This document shows, piece after piece, positions 62,900 through 64,000 of a stretch of DNA of 64,000 bases; position 1 is the first letter of the stretch, and each line of letters begins with the position of its first letter. Both the position numbers and the translations under genes were made by a program. This stretch comes from Callorhinchus milii. Its lineage: Eukaryota. The stretch lies in contig NW_024704742.1 in assembly GCF_018977255.1 (NCBI RefSeq), positions 11,162,001-11,226,000 of the forward strand, in the 5' to 3' direction. The notes under the pieces were generated by a model. The model was not told the origin of the DNA. It was given only the letters and a program-made list of their open reading frames with translations, and made no database searches.

Positions 62900-64000
62900 A
62901 ACAACCGGGTGCTGCGTGACGTCATCCCGCCTCCTCATTCAAATCTCGAGGCCAGGACTCACTGGGAAGACATCACTGCCACCACATCCTCACTGAGCCT
63001 CACCAGCTCAGCCCAGCCCAGCCTAGCCCAGCCCAGTCCAGCAGGATAACCATGGCTCGCTGTACCCTCCTGTCCACTCCCAGTCTCAGCATGCACACAT
63101 TGGCTGCCGCAATTGATCCGAGCTGCTTCCCCAAGATGTTCCCGACCCCTTCCCCTTCTCTCCACTAATCCCACTCAACCCTCCTCTCCCTCCGCCTGGC
63201 CCGACTCCTATCCTTCCTCGACTCTCCCACACCCTTCCTCTGCTCCTCCCTTCACATTATCCGTCGTGCCCACCGTGGTAGATGCCGTCGGCTGTCCTAC
63301 AAGCACCCACCCTGACTGCCCCTTCCCCCATTCTCACCGCAAAGCCCACCAGCCCTCACCCACAGGAACCAACCTTTCCTCCCTCACCCACATCCCCATC
63401 CAACCCGTCTGCCAACCCCCTCCCCCCCTCATCTCCCCCACACTCCCACCACAAACTGTCCCCTCCATAATGGTCTGCAGAACGTCCACTCATTAACCAA
63501 CAAGTCCCTCACAATCCATGATCGCACTGTTGAGGAAAATATTGATATCCTAACCCTCACCGAAACCTGGGTCACCCCAGGCGACGCCTTCCCACTAGTT
63601 GAGGCCGCACCTCCAGGTTACACCTTTTACCAAACGTGGCCTAATCGCCGTTATAATATATAATAATATATTATATCATACATGTGACTCTCATCTGCCG
63701 GTCCCCTCTCGGGCTTTCCCTTTACTCCTCTGGAACCTTCCCCTCCATCGAACAGCTTACCCTCTATCACAGTCGATCATGCCATCCTCCTCCACCGCCT
63801 TTCCTCCGGCATCCACCTCAGTGGGACCGCACTCGCCTGGTCCAAGTCCTACTTCACAAACCGCCAGCAGTACATCTGCACAAACGGCTTCTCCTCCCGC
63901 TCTCACCCGGTCACCTGCGGGGTACCCCAAGGATCCACCCTTGGCCCCCTCCTCTTTCTCATCTACATGCTCCTTGGGGATGTCATGGGGTACATTTCCA
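62900..64000 (+). mobile_element. L2 5' UTR, N-terminal region and endonuclease start, internally deleted and fused to RT; runs off the window end
   Basis: 'ggtctgcagaacgtcc' (GLQNV) and 'ctcaccgaaacctgg' (LTETW), then 'tgcggggtaccccaaggatcc' (CGVPQGS) matching 58540-58760. Confidence 0.8.

Overview
This is vertebrate nuclear DNA with no prokaryotic features. The repeat content (CR1/HER1-like LINEs, abundant L2 LINEs, Deu-domain and tRNA-Ala-headed SINEs, a Penelope-type hammerhead repeat) points to a cartilaginous fish; this is inference. The window looks like a large intron or gene desert dominated by non-LTR retroelements, and no host gene could be identified with confidence. Almost every long ORF in the track is L2 or CR1 sequence or its antisense. 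The main elements are a near full-length young single-ORF L2 (50931-54559) inside a SINE, a rearranged L2 nested in an older L2 (27250-29845), a 2.3-kb CR1 (43267-45550) inside a SINE, and many SINE copies that share the L2 3' stem-loop. The most notable observations are: (1) an unrecognised ~270-bp, strongly base-paired repeat domain in three copies, once behind a tRNA head and once directly 5' of an L2; (2) a minimal hammerhead ribozyme motif; (3) several locally templated DNA-repair scars, namely 110-bp and 52-bp fold-back palindromes, a 55-bp inverted insertion copied from 1.5 kb away, and a 184-bp duplication containing an exon-like unit; (4) SINE subfamilies whose tail loop matches the young L2. 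Boundaries of old repeats are approximate and read by eye.
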